From Myxococcota bacterium (GTDB lineage Bacteria; Myxococcota; Kuafuiibacteriia; Kuafuiibacteriales; Kuafuiibacteriaceae): a stretch of DNA of 64,000 nucleotides. Shown here one piece after another: positions 18,628-26,918 of this stretch; position 1 is the first letter of the stretch; the number at the start of each line of letters is the position of its first letter. The position numbers and the translations under genes were made by a program. The notes under the pieces are model-generated. The model made no database searches. It saw nothing but the letters and a program-made list of their open reading frames with translations, and was not told where the DNA came from. Location: positions 661,357 through 725,356 of the forward strand of contig CBDCWQ010000020.1 of the NCBI GenBank assembly GCA_965223435.1, written 5' to 3'.

Positions 18628-21600
18628 CTAGAGGTATGAAATTTTGTCTTCGGGTTCTTGCGGATCTTCTTCTGCATCCGGGTTGTAGGTACCGCCGGTC
18701 TCGGTGTGGTCCAATTCGTCGAGGGGTGGTGCCCCCAGTTCCCGGAGTCGGTCGGCTACGCCTCGGTGGTTGGCATCTTGCTGGTAGCAGGCGCGGAACC
18801 ACCGAATTGCGCCTTCTTGTTGCTCGGCCGCTTCGTGCGCGGCACCGATCTCGTATTTCAGATTGATCTCCGCGGGGGTTCCTTGGGCACGGTCAAGGGC
18901 CCGGGTGAATACGAGGATCGCACTGTTAGGGTCTCGGTTCTCAAGGAAGCAATGCGCAATCATTTCGAGGGAGTCCACCGCTCGACTGGGCGAACGGGCG
19001 GCCGACATGAACTCTTCGATGGCCGCTTGGGTCCGCCCAAGCTCCTTAAAGGCGAGGCCTTGGTCGTAGCGATCGTCGGGGTCGGTGTCGTCCGAAGGAT
19101 CGTTCAAAGCGGCTTCGAGGGTTGCGACCAGGGGGTTGGCGTCGGCCCCTGACGGCTCCGGCTCGAGGGCCTCGGGTGACTGCTCGGGTTCTTCCTCGGT
19201 CAGGCCTTCCTGCGCGTCAATGGTCTTAAGCATGTTGAGGGCGCGCGCGTGGTTCGGACATTTTTCGAGGAGGGCCTGGATGGTTTCCCGGGCTTCGTCT
19301 AAGACGCCAGCCTCGATAAGGAACTCCGCTTCGTCGAGTTCGTCGTCGATGTCCTCCATCGGTTCGGGAGGTTCGACGATGGCTTGTGGTGCGGTGTCGA
19401 TGGTGCCGCCGTCGGCCGGTTGCTCCGCGGGGGCTTGCCAAAGGTCTTCGGGCACTTGGTTATGGGCCGTGGTGGGGCCGTCCGTCCTGGGCATTTCGGT
19501 CTCTGGGATGCTTGCCACACCGGCGTGACCAAGTTCGTTCTCGGCGGTGATGGGGTCCTCTGTCGTGCCTTGGGCAAACGAGGCCTCGGCGGCGCCCGCA
19601 AGCGGTTGGGCCTCGAACGGTTGCGGAGCCTCATAGCTGGTTGTGGGATCTTCGTTGTCGAAGGCGTCAAAGGCCGCCATGGCCTCGTCGCCGGAGGGCA
19701 AAAGGTTGTCCCCAAAGGGCTCGTCGAGCAGAGGGGTGGGTTCGCCACCACCCGTGGTGGGGAAGGGTGTATTCTCGATGGCGTGATTTTCAGTGACGGG
19801 GGCCGCCCCGTCCAAAACCCCCGCCGCAAAACCTTCGATCTCGCCCAGGAAATTGGCGACTTCGTTCTCGGCCGCCGGCTCTTTGGGTTGGTCCTCAAGG
19901 AGCATCACTGAGGAGAACGTCGCTTCCGGCAGTTCGTCGGGTTTGGGCGCGGGTTCTTTTTCGTGCACCGGCGGTGGGATGGCAGCCGACTGGAGGTCGT
20001 TGGCAAGCGCGTGGGCGGGCGAGGCCGCTTCTAGAGGGCTCGCGCTGACGATGTAGTCGTCCGCGACGAGCGTGTTGTCGGGTGCGCCTCCGGTGGTGTC
20101 CCCGCCGAACTCGAACGCCGGGCCCAGGGGCTCGTCTTCGTCCGCAGGCAGGGTCGGCTCCAAGGAAGTGTTGGCGCGTTCCACCAGATCCTGGCTTTCG
20201 GTCATGATGTCGATGGAAATGCCTTCGTCATCGGAAGCGGGGTCCATCGCGCTCATCCCGCTGAGTAGAGGGTGTTCCGGCGCGATCTCCTTGAGCTGGG
20301 CAAGTGAACCGCGTGCCTCGACATCGTTTTGATTTCTGCTGTGGATGTGAAACACGTTGACGATCGCCTCTTGGGCGCGGGCACTTTCTCCCATCTCGAG
20401 GTACAGGTCCCTCATTTTGTCGTAGGCCAGGACGTTGTCCGGATCTAGATCGAAGACCTTGCGGATGTGCTCGAGGGCTTTTTCACGCAGGCCATATTTG
20501 GTGTAGACGTCGGCCTCGGTCAGAATCTTGCTGATCGCGGCGCTGGTTTCACCGCTGGGTGGCGCCCTGAGGGCCTGCTCGGGTTGGGATACACCCGAAT
20601 CAGAGGATTCGTGTAACACGAGGACTTCGTCTTCTTCTGGCAGCGCGCCGCTTGCGCTTGGAATCGGGTTCGAAGGTTCGGTAGGAAGACGGGCCTCGGA
20701 TGGGATGAGGTTGGGCAGGGGCGTCATGCCGCCCATCGACAAGGGGCGCGCTCCAGCATCGAGCTCGAGTCGCCCGTGGGTATCGGCCACGTTTTGGGCA
20801 GATACCGGATAGATGCCCGAAGGCATGGGCTGCGAGGGTTGCGGCGCGTGAGGTTCTTCAACAGCTCCGACGCCGAGGGCGCTTTGCGCTTCGGCATCGG
20901 TGGGATCGAGCTCGAGCACCCGCTGGTATATGGCGCGGGCTTCGTCGAGTCTGCCCGCATCTTGATACACGTGCGCGAGTTCTCGATACACGAAGATGGC
21001 TTTTTGGGGTTGGCCGAGATCGCTGAACGCTTGCCCAAGGAGGCTCAACGTCTCCGGTTCTCTCGGGTTGCCTTTGAAGCAGATCTGCAGTTTGGCAAGG
21101 CCCCTTTTGGTGTCCCCGCGACTGAGATAGACCTTCGCGAGGTCTTTGACGACGTCCAGTCGGTCGGGCGCGTGGTAGACGAGGCGCTCCGCGACTTTCA
21201 CGTAATCGTCCACGCGGGCCTGTTGTTTGAGGAGACCGGCCGCGGTTTCAAACTCGTTGATGGCTTCGGGAAGCGCACCTGCGCGTGAGTAAGCCTCAGC
21301 CACTTTAATGCGCGCGGCCACGTTTTCCCCGTCGAGGTCCGCCATGCGTTTGAGGGTGTCTAGGCTGTCCTTGGGACGCCCCTCGGCCTCGTGGAGCTGG
21401 GCGGCGATCTGATACTGAGACATGGCATCGGAGGTGAGGCCCAGGTGCTGATAGAGCTCAGCAAGTTTGAGAATGACCTCGAGGTGTCTGGGTTCGTGCC
21501 TCAGGATTTGCTTGTAGACCGCAACCGCCTTCAGGAAAAATCCCTGCTCGCCGTAGGATTCTGCAACTTGCTTGTAGACCCGGGTTGCGTTTTCTCGGTC

Positions 21601-21756
21601 GCCCTTTTTGGAATAAACGTCGCCGAGCTTCAGTAAGGTACGAACATCGCTTGGATCTTCTGCGATCAATTTACGCAATTCTTTGATCGCGCGATCCCAC
21701 TGCCCTTTGGAAATGTATTTTTGGGCCTGGTTGATGATTTTGTTCTTGTTCGCCAC
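18628..21756 (-). CDS. Large TPR-repeat protein with acidic low-complexity centre
   Basis: 1042 aa. TPR repeats occur at both ends, and the central segment is rich in D/E/P. There is no signal peptide. It lies directly upstream of the ExeA-like ATPase. Confidence 0.7.
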   Translation of the reverse strand: MANKNKIINQAQKYISKGQWDRAIKELRKLIAEDPSDVRTLLKLGDVYSKKGDRENATRVYKQVAESYGEQGFFLKAVAVYKQILRHEPRHLEVILKLAELYQHLGLTSDAMSQYQIAAQLHEAEGRPKDSLDTLKRMADLDGENVAARIKVAEAYSRAGALPEAINEFETAAGLLKQQARVDDYVKVAERLVYHAPDRLDVVKDLAKVYLSRGDTKRGLAKLQICFKGNPREPETLSLLGQAFSDLGQPQKAIFVYRELAHVYQDAGRLDEARAIYQRVLELDPTDAEAQSALGVGAVEEPHAPQPSQPMPSGIYPVSAQNVADTHGRLELDAGARPLSMGGMTPLPNLIPSEARLPTEPSNPIPSASGALPEEDEVLVLHESSDSGVSQPEQALRAPPSGETSAAISKILTEADVYTKYGLREKALEHIRKVFDLDPDNVLAYDKMRDLYLEMGESARAQEAIVNVFHIHSRNQNDVEARGSLAQLKEIAPEHPLLSGMSAMDPASDDEGISIDIMTESQDLVERANTSLEPTLPADEDEPLGPAFEFGGDTTGGAPDNTLVADDYIVSASPLEAASPAHALANDLQSAAIPPPVHEKEPAPKPDELPEATFSSVMLLEDQPKEPAAENEVANFLGEIEGFAAGVLDGAAPVTENHAIENTPFPTTGGGEPTPLLDEPFGDNLLPSGDEAMAAFDAFDNEDPTTSYEAPQPFEAQPLAGAAEASFAQGTTEDPITAENELGHAGVASIPETEMPRTDGPTTAHNQVPEDLWQAPAEQPADGGTIDTAPQAIVEPPEPMEDIDDELDEAEFLIEAGVLDEARETIQALLEKCPNHARALNMLKTIDAQEGLTEEEPEQSPEALEPEPSGADANPLVATLEAALNDPSDDTDPDDRYDQGLAFKELGRTQAAIEEFMSAARSPSRAVDSLEMIAHCFLENRDPNSAILVFTRALDRAQGTPAEINLKYEIGAAHEAAEQQEGAIRWFRACYQQDANHRGVADRLRELGAPPLDELDHTETGGTYNPDAEEDPQEPEDKISYL

Positions 21757-21894
21757 GTGACCTTTACCGTGGATTCTGCCCTTGGGAGCCCAAGTATAGC
21801 TTTGACCCCGGGAGCCTACAAACCGACTTTAGCGTGTAACTCCCTGGAATCATGAATTACCCGTCGACTATGGGTGGACGCACCCAGAAGTCGG

Positions 21895-21948
21895 GCGACA
21901 AACGTGCGTGTGGGTGTTGGGCTCGCTCTCGAACACCCGCGACAAACG
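21895..21948. promoter_or_regulatory. Direct repeat GCGACAAACG x2 flanking a 7-bp-stem hairpin (candidate regulatory element upstream of TPR gene)
   Basis: The element reads GCGACAAACG-tgcgtgt-GGGTGTT-gggctcgctctcg-AACACCC-GCGACAAACG. It sits in a 408-bp ORF-free region ~140-190 bp upstream of the TPR gene start. Confidence 0.25.
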
Positions 21949-22164
21949 CCTGTTCGCCTCCCGTGTGCCACAAGATCAGGGTCAAAGCACCCGCGATCGT
22001 ACAACATCGGACCCTTGGAGGACGTGGGTTGATCTGAGGGCAATGGCATAGGGCGTTCTAGGACGGTGGATTGAGACCCACATGCCTTGATGCGTTGAAG
22101 GGATTGTTCCATAAGTACTAACTCTGAATGATATACCGGAGGCCGAGGGTGCTTCTGTCAGTGA

Positions 22165-23226
22165 TTACCCGCCCTGCATCCGTCGAGCAACGGACCCTCT
22201 GGGTTCGCTCGAGCTTCGTCCCATGCGCCACAGTACGACAACAAACCCCACGGCCACCGCGAGTGTGACGCCAATGAGACCGACTGCCGTCTCGAGGGCG
22301 ACGAAACAAACCGCGAGGCCCACGCCGCCGAGAATGCCTCCTAGGGCGTAACTCAGAAGAGCTATCGCGTTTGCCTTCAGGCCGTGGTTTCGAAGTCGGA
22401 CCGCGTAGTGATCGGGACTTCCTTGGGTCAGAGGGAGATTGCGTGCCGCCCGAGCGCCCATCACAAACAATGTGTCGAAAAGCGGGACGCCAAGGATGAT
22501 CGTAGGGGCTACCGCCGCCAACCGGTGATTGAAAGTGTAGTGACCACTCATGGCTAAGGCCCCCAGCATGAAACCTAAGAACATGGATCCGGTGTCCCCC
22601 AGGTAAATGGAGGCCGGGGGGCGGTTGTGTACCCAAAAGCCAAGCGCGGATCCCACCAGTGCAATATTCAAAATGGCGATGGTGGTGTGTTGGTTCCATA
22701 GGGATACCACTGCCAAGAAGACGCCCGCAATGGCGGCCACGCCCACGGCCAGGCCGTCGGAAACGTCGATGAGATTGATGGCATTGGTCATCCCCACGAG
22801 CCACAACACTGTCAGGGCCAGGGCGAGCCAGCCTGGCAGAAAACCCAGGCGGATCATGATGCCAGCTTTGATCAGAACAAAGGCGGCCACCAGCTGCCCC
22901 AAGAGTTTGGCACTGGGGCTCAGGACCTTCAAATCATCAAAGAGGCCGATCATGACGATCACCGAGGCGCCAAGGAGGAGGCCCAGCACTTCGCTGGTGA
23001 AGGTATAGGTGAGGGCGACGGAGAACAGAAAGGCCAAGTAGATGGCGATGCCCCCGAGGTAGGGGATGGGTTTTTTGTGTTGCTTCAGCTTGCCGTCGGG
23101 CTTGTCGACAACCCCGTAGCGAAGGGCGCCTTGTCGAACCATCGGTGTCAGGTAGAGCGACAAAAGGATCGCGACCACAAAGGCTGCGGGAAAAGTGAGC
23201 ATGCCCAAGTCGAGGATGAGGTCCAT
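22165..23226 (-). CDS. Polyprenyl-phosphate N-acetylhexosamine-1-phosphate transferase (WecA/MraY family, GT4)
   Basis: 353 aa polytopic membrane protein. The motif DKPDGKLKQHKKPIPYLGGIAIY is typical of the WecA/MraY family. Confidence 0.75.
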   Translation of the reverse strand: MDLILDLGMLTFPAAFVVAILLSLYLTPMVRQGALRYGVVDKPDGKLKQHKKPIPYLGGIAIYLAFLFSVALTYTFTSEVLGLLLGASVIVMIGLFDDLKVLSPSAKLLGQLVAAFVLIKAGIMIRLGFLPGWLALALTVLWLVGMTNAINLIDVSDGLAVGVAAIAGVFLAVVSLWNQHTTIAILNIALVGSALGFWVHNRPPASIYLGDTGSMFLGFMLGALAMSGHYTFNHRLAAVAPTIILGVPLFDTLFVMGARAARNLPLTQGSPDHYAVRLRNHGLKANAIALLSYALGGILGGVGLAVCFVALETAVGLIGVTLAVAVGFVVVLWRMGRSSSEPRGSVARRMQGG

Positions 23227-23256
23227 GGGAATGTTGCCTGCACGTCGTGCGCCGCG

Positions 23257-23865
23257 CTACGAAAGGGGCGAATTGCCGAGGGTTACCAGCGGCGCGTCTT
23301 CGGGCTCGGCAGGGTGGGTTTCAGGCGATGCCCGCCTGGATAGAAGCCGGCCGTAGATCACTTCGAGGGCCTGTACAAAGGTCAGATCGTCGTCGGGGTC
23401 ATCGAGATCCTCCATGACGTAAACCGAACGCTCAACGCCGAGCGCTTGGAGCGCTTCTTTGTCGGAAGACGTCTGGAGCACAATGGCCGCCGCGAGCCTT
23501 ACGAGCCTTCGCGTGGGGCGAGGGCGGTCGCGCAGGTCGTCGGGGCGCACGTGCGCGATCAAGGGGGCCCGGATGCCCAAAGCGATGGTTCCCCCCATTT
23601 TGGCGAACCCTTGGGCACCCACGGCCTGCACAATGTGGGGCTTGGTTTCCCAAGCGGCGCGCGCCGTAGAGAACCAGCTTGTGAGCCCTGAAGGGTTGCT
23701 CAAAAAGTGCGTGACTCGGTGGCGCTTGGCAATGGCCCGCGCCATGGCGGTCGTCAGGGCCTCGGTTTGAGGACTTCCGAGGAGCAAAACTTCGAGGCGT
23801 CGGTTGGCGACGGTTCCCCAGCCCGCTTTGGGGTTGCCCGAAGGCATGGTTCTTCCGGAATGCAT
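23257..23865 (-). CDS. Truncated GT4 glycosyltransferase (N-terminal domain only; possible gene remnant)
   Basis: 202 aa. The region KPHIVQAVGAQGF...IALGIRAPLIAHVRPDD...EALQALGVERSVYV resembles a GT4 N-domain (PHIVHAHG...ViaVS...LGV..ErihV). No GT1 C-terminal domain follows, because the ORF ends 30 nt before the next gene. Confidence 0.35.
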   Translation of the reverse strand: MHSGRTMPSGNPKAGWGTVANRRLEVLLLGSPQTEALTTAMARAIAKRHRVTHFLSNPSGLTSWFSTARAAWETKPHIVQAVGAQGFAKMGGTIALGIRAPLIAHVRPDDLRDRPRPTRRLVRLAAAIVLQTSSDKEALQALGVERSVYVMEDLDDPDDDLTFVQALEVIYGRLLSRRASPETHPAEPEDAPLVTLGNSPLS

Positions 23866-23948
23866 GGGTAGGGCGGGCGCTCTTTGACCCTACGAGAGTC
23901 CGTGTTGGTGCTCAAAGTCAAGGTTTCTCACGGGCACAAACCGCGATT

Positions 23949-24758
23949 TTGGGAAAGAAGTGTGCGATAGGGCGGCCATTGCTCCCGCTTTTGAAAAACG
24001 TGGTGGTTCATCGGAGCTTGCTCTGGAACTTCATCGGCAGGGACCTCAAGGTCCGGTATCGGGGGACCGTCTTTGGCTACATGTGGAGCCTCCTCGAGCC
24101 GATGGCACAAGTTTTGGTCTACTATTTCCTGTTTACCACGGTGCTTCGGCGCGGCACCGAGGACTATCCGCTGGTGGTGATTCTTGGGGTTCTTCCCTAC
24201 GGATTTTTTACGGCAGTGGTGCAGGGTGGGGCGGTTTGTTTGGTGAGCAATGCCAATCTCATCAAGAAGATTTATTTGCCCCGTGAGCTTTTTCTTTTTG
24301 GGTTGGTCGGTTCCAACCTCATCTTTCTGGTTCTGAGTCTCTTGGTGGTGGTGCCTTTTCTTGTCTACTACGGGGTGGGACTGGGAGCGACCGTGTTGTG
24401 GGTGCCGGTTTCGGTGTTTCTGTTGGCCCTGTTTGCGAGCGGTGTCGGGTTTGTGGTGGCCTGCCTGAACGTTCTTTATCGGGACGTGGCCTACGTGCTT
24501 CGGGTGGCGTTACGCATTCTCTTTTATGGGTCTCCCGTCATTTATCCGATCTCCATGGTTCCCGAACGTCTGCTTGACGTTTATTTGCTCAATCCCGTGG
24601 CGGCGTGTCTCGCCATGATGAGGGCAGGGTTGATGAATAGGCCTTTGGCGCTGTCGTCCGCCAGCCTAGGGATTGCGGCCGGGGTTTCGGTGGCGAGTTT
24701 TGTGGTGGGGGCCTTTGTTTTCGCGCGCTATGAAAGGTTTGTGGTCAAGTACTTATGA
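23949..24758 (+). CDS. ABC-2 type polysaccharide exporter permease (Wzm/KpsM/TagG-like)
   Basis: 269 aa with six predicted TM segments. The N-terminus [28 protein letters not shown] is characteristic of ABC-2 permeases. Confidence 0.8.
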   Translation: MGKKCAIGRPLLPLLKNVVVHRSLLWNFIGRDLKVRYRGTVFGYMWSLLEPMAQVLVYYFLFTTVLRRGTEDYPLVVILGVLPYGFFTAVVQGGAVCLVSNANLIKKIYLPRELFLFGLVGSNLIFLVLSLLVVVPFLVYYGVGLGATVLWVPVSVFLLALFASGVGFVVACLNVLYRDVAYVLRVALRILFYGSPVIYPISMVPERLLDVYLLNPVAACLAMMRAGLMNRPLALSSASLGIAAGVSVASFVVGAFVFARYERFVVKYL

Positions 24759-25525
24759 GTGCTTGGGCCATTCAGGCGCGGGATTTGAAACTTTGGTTCC
24801 CGCAGTTTCGGCATCGGCCGAGGGGCGTCAAGGAGGCGTTCTTGAGTGCCGTTCTTCATCGCGCCCCGCAAAAAGAGGAGCGCAGGTTTTGGGCGCTCAA
24901 AGGCATTTCGCTTGAGGTGGCTCGCGGCGAAGTCCTCGGTGTGGTGGGAAGCAACGGTTCTGGCAAAAGTACCCTTCTGAAGGTGATCGCAGGCATCTAT
25001 GAGCCCGATGAAGGAAGCATCGCGACCCGGGGTCGAATCTCGTCCCTGCTCGAGCTTGGGGCGGGGTTTCGGGAAGAACTGACTGGTCTCGAGAATATTC
25101 GGCTGAACGGCGCAATCTTGGGGCTCACACCGGCGGACATTCAGGCCAAATTGGAAGAGATTGTCTCGTTCTCGGAGCTTGGAGACTTCGTCCGCCAACC
25201 CTTAAGGACCTACTCGTCTGGCATGAAAGTCCGCCTCGGGTTCTCGGTGGCGTCCTTCGTGCAGCCCGAGATTCTGCTTATCGACGAGGTTCTGGGTGTG
25301 GGTGACGAGCGTTTTCGCGAAAAATCGATGGCCCGAATTCAGGAGATGGTTCGGGGTGAAACCACCATTGTGGTGGTTTCACACAACCTTTCAGAGCTCG
25401 AGCGGCTCTGCGATCGGTTGATCTTGGTGCAAAAAGGCCAGCTTCATTCTGAGGGTAGGCCCCCCGAAGTGATTCAGACCTATCGAAAGAGCCTAGGCCT
25501 GCCGGTCGAAGGCGGCGGGTCTTGA
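24755..25525 (+). CDS. ABC transporter ATP-binding protein (Wzt/KpsT/TagH-like)
   Basis: It has a Walker A motif GSNGSGKST, the signature LSSGMKVRL and a Walker B motif LLIDEVL. The start overlaps the permease stop (ATGA). Confidence 0.88.
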   Translation: MSAWAIQARDLKLWFPQFRHRPRGVKEAFLSAVLHRAPQKEERRFWALKGISLEVARGEVLGVVGSNGSGKSTLLKVIAGIYEPDEGSIATRGRISSLLELGAGFREELTGLENIRLNGAILGLTPADIQAKLEEIVSFSELGDFVRQPLRTYSSGMKVRLGFSVASFVQPEILLIDEVLGVGDERFREKSMARIQEMVRGETTIVVVSHNLSELERLCDRLILVQKGQLHSEGRPPEVIQTYRKSLGLPVEGGGS

Positions 25526-25540
25526 CGGGGAGAACGCGGT

Positions 25541-26812
25541 TCAAAGGCCGTTGTCGCCGGTGATCTCACGCAGCGCCTCTGCGAGACGGGCGGTCAGGCT
25601 TCGGCGATCGTATTTTGCAACCACATCGCTTCGGTACGCGATGCCATCGAGCGTACCCTCGTTCAGTTGGAGAAGCCACCGCTCAAGCGCCACGAGGCCA
25701 TCACCGGGTGCGCTGCTGTCGATGGCGAGGGATGGCCCGTTTGCGTCGCGCAAAATGTCGAAGGCTTCGCCTCGTGGCCCCACCGCAAGAATGGGTCGGC
25801 CCAACCGAAGGTAGGGATACAACTTTTGGGGCACTGTGGCCGAGGGGGCGCGGCATTCAGGGACGATCAACAAGGTCGCGTGGCACGCCGCCAGGCGGGT
25901 CATGGCTTCCGCATGGGGGCGGTAACCCAATTCTTGCACGACGTTTTCGAGTACAGTCCCTCGCACGTTAGTTTCTTGATGGGTGTTGCCCATCAAGGTG
26001 ATTTTGAGGCGCGTCTTGAAGCCGGGGTTGTTGGCTAGGAACGCACCGAAAAGCTCGAACGCGCGGTGTGGCTGGTAGCCCGGATAAAAGGAGCCCGCAT
26101 AGCCGATTTCAAGGACCCCGTCTCGAGAAGGGGGGCTTGCCACGGTGCGAAAATCATCTTCCTCGTAGCCGTTTGGGATATGGATGGTCTTGTGCCGAGC
26201 GAAGGGAAAGGCGCGGATGCTGTTCACCCGCTGAAGCTGGGTATTGGCGATAAGGCGGTGCGCATCTTGGCGTACCCGCCGCTCCAGGCGGTGATGGATG
26301 CGGCGATGGACGCGGGAGGGTGGGGTGAACGCTGGTCCCCCATACCAGGGATCTCGGAAGTCGGCGATCCAAGGGAGTCCGGTTTGGTGATGAATGCTTT
26401 GGGCCACGAGGTGGTTGGTCCAGGGGCTGCCCGTCGAATACAGGGCATCGAAAGGGTGGGTTTTCAAGCAGTGAAGGGCATGCTTGCGCGCCGGGCGAAA
26501 CCACAGAATCTCGGGATCGGGGATCAACAAGGTGCCTTCGAAGCGGGTTCTGAGGCGGCGAGGTTGGAGCTTTCGCATCCGGTGGATCCAGGGGCCGATG
26601 CGGTCCATGGCGACCCGCCTGATGTCGGTTTGTTGACCGAGTTGGGTCAAAAGATGCCGGTCGGTGGCCCAGTAAGGTGCCCCTTCATGTGCGGCGAGCA
26701 CGGTAGGGCGCCATCCAAAACCAGGAAGATGGCGGACAAAGCCGAGGGTACGCTGCACGCCGCCGCCGCCCATGGGCGGGAATCGATAGGAGATCATGAG
26801 CAGGCGCTTCAT
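25541..26812 (-). CDS. Glycosyltransferase (GT4/GT1-like)
   Basis: 423 aa. The N-terminus MKRLLMISYRFPPMGGGGVQR is like a GT4 N-domain. A C-terminal GT1-like domain follows. Confidence 0.65.
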   Translation of the reverse strand: MKRLLMISYRFPPMGGGGVQRTLGFVRHLPGFGWRPTVLAAHEGAPYWATDRHLLTQLGQQTDIRRVAMDRIGPWIHRMRKLQPRRLRTRFEGTLLIPDPEILWFRPARKHALHCLKTHPFDALYSTGSPWTNHLVAQSIHHQTGLPWIADFRDPWYGGPAFTPPSRVHRRIHHRLERRVRQDAHRLIANTQLQRVNSIRAFPFARHKTIHIPNGYEEDDFRTVASPPSRDGVLEIGYAGSFYPGYQPHRAFELFGAFLANNPGFKTRLKITLMGNTHQETNVRGTVLENVVQELGYRPHAEAMTRLAACHATLLIVPECRAPSATVPQKLYPYLRLGRPILAVGPRGEAFDILRDANGPSLAIDSSAPGDGLVALERWLLQLNEGTLDGIAYRSDVVAKYDRRSLTARLAEALREITGDNGL

Positions 26813-26918
26813 GGCGATGGCCGTTTCGGGGTGCCTGGCGGCGCCGCCCGCGCTGGCTGGATTCCCCTTTTGAACCTTGCGGGGTTTGTGTCATACACCA
26901 ACCGTTGGCCTTGAGACC

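Noticed and set aside
22118-22804. 228-aa Arg/Gly-rich minus-strand ORF
   Set aside because: It is an alternative frame of the WecA/MraY-family gene, and its low-complexity translation is typical of a frame artefact.
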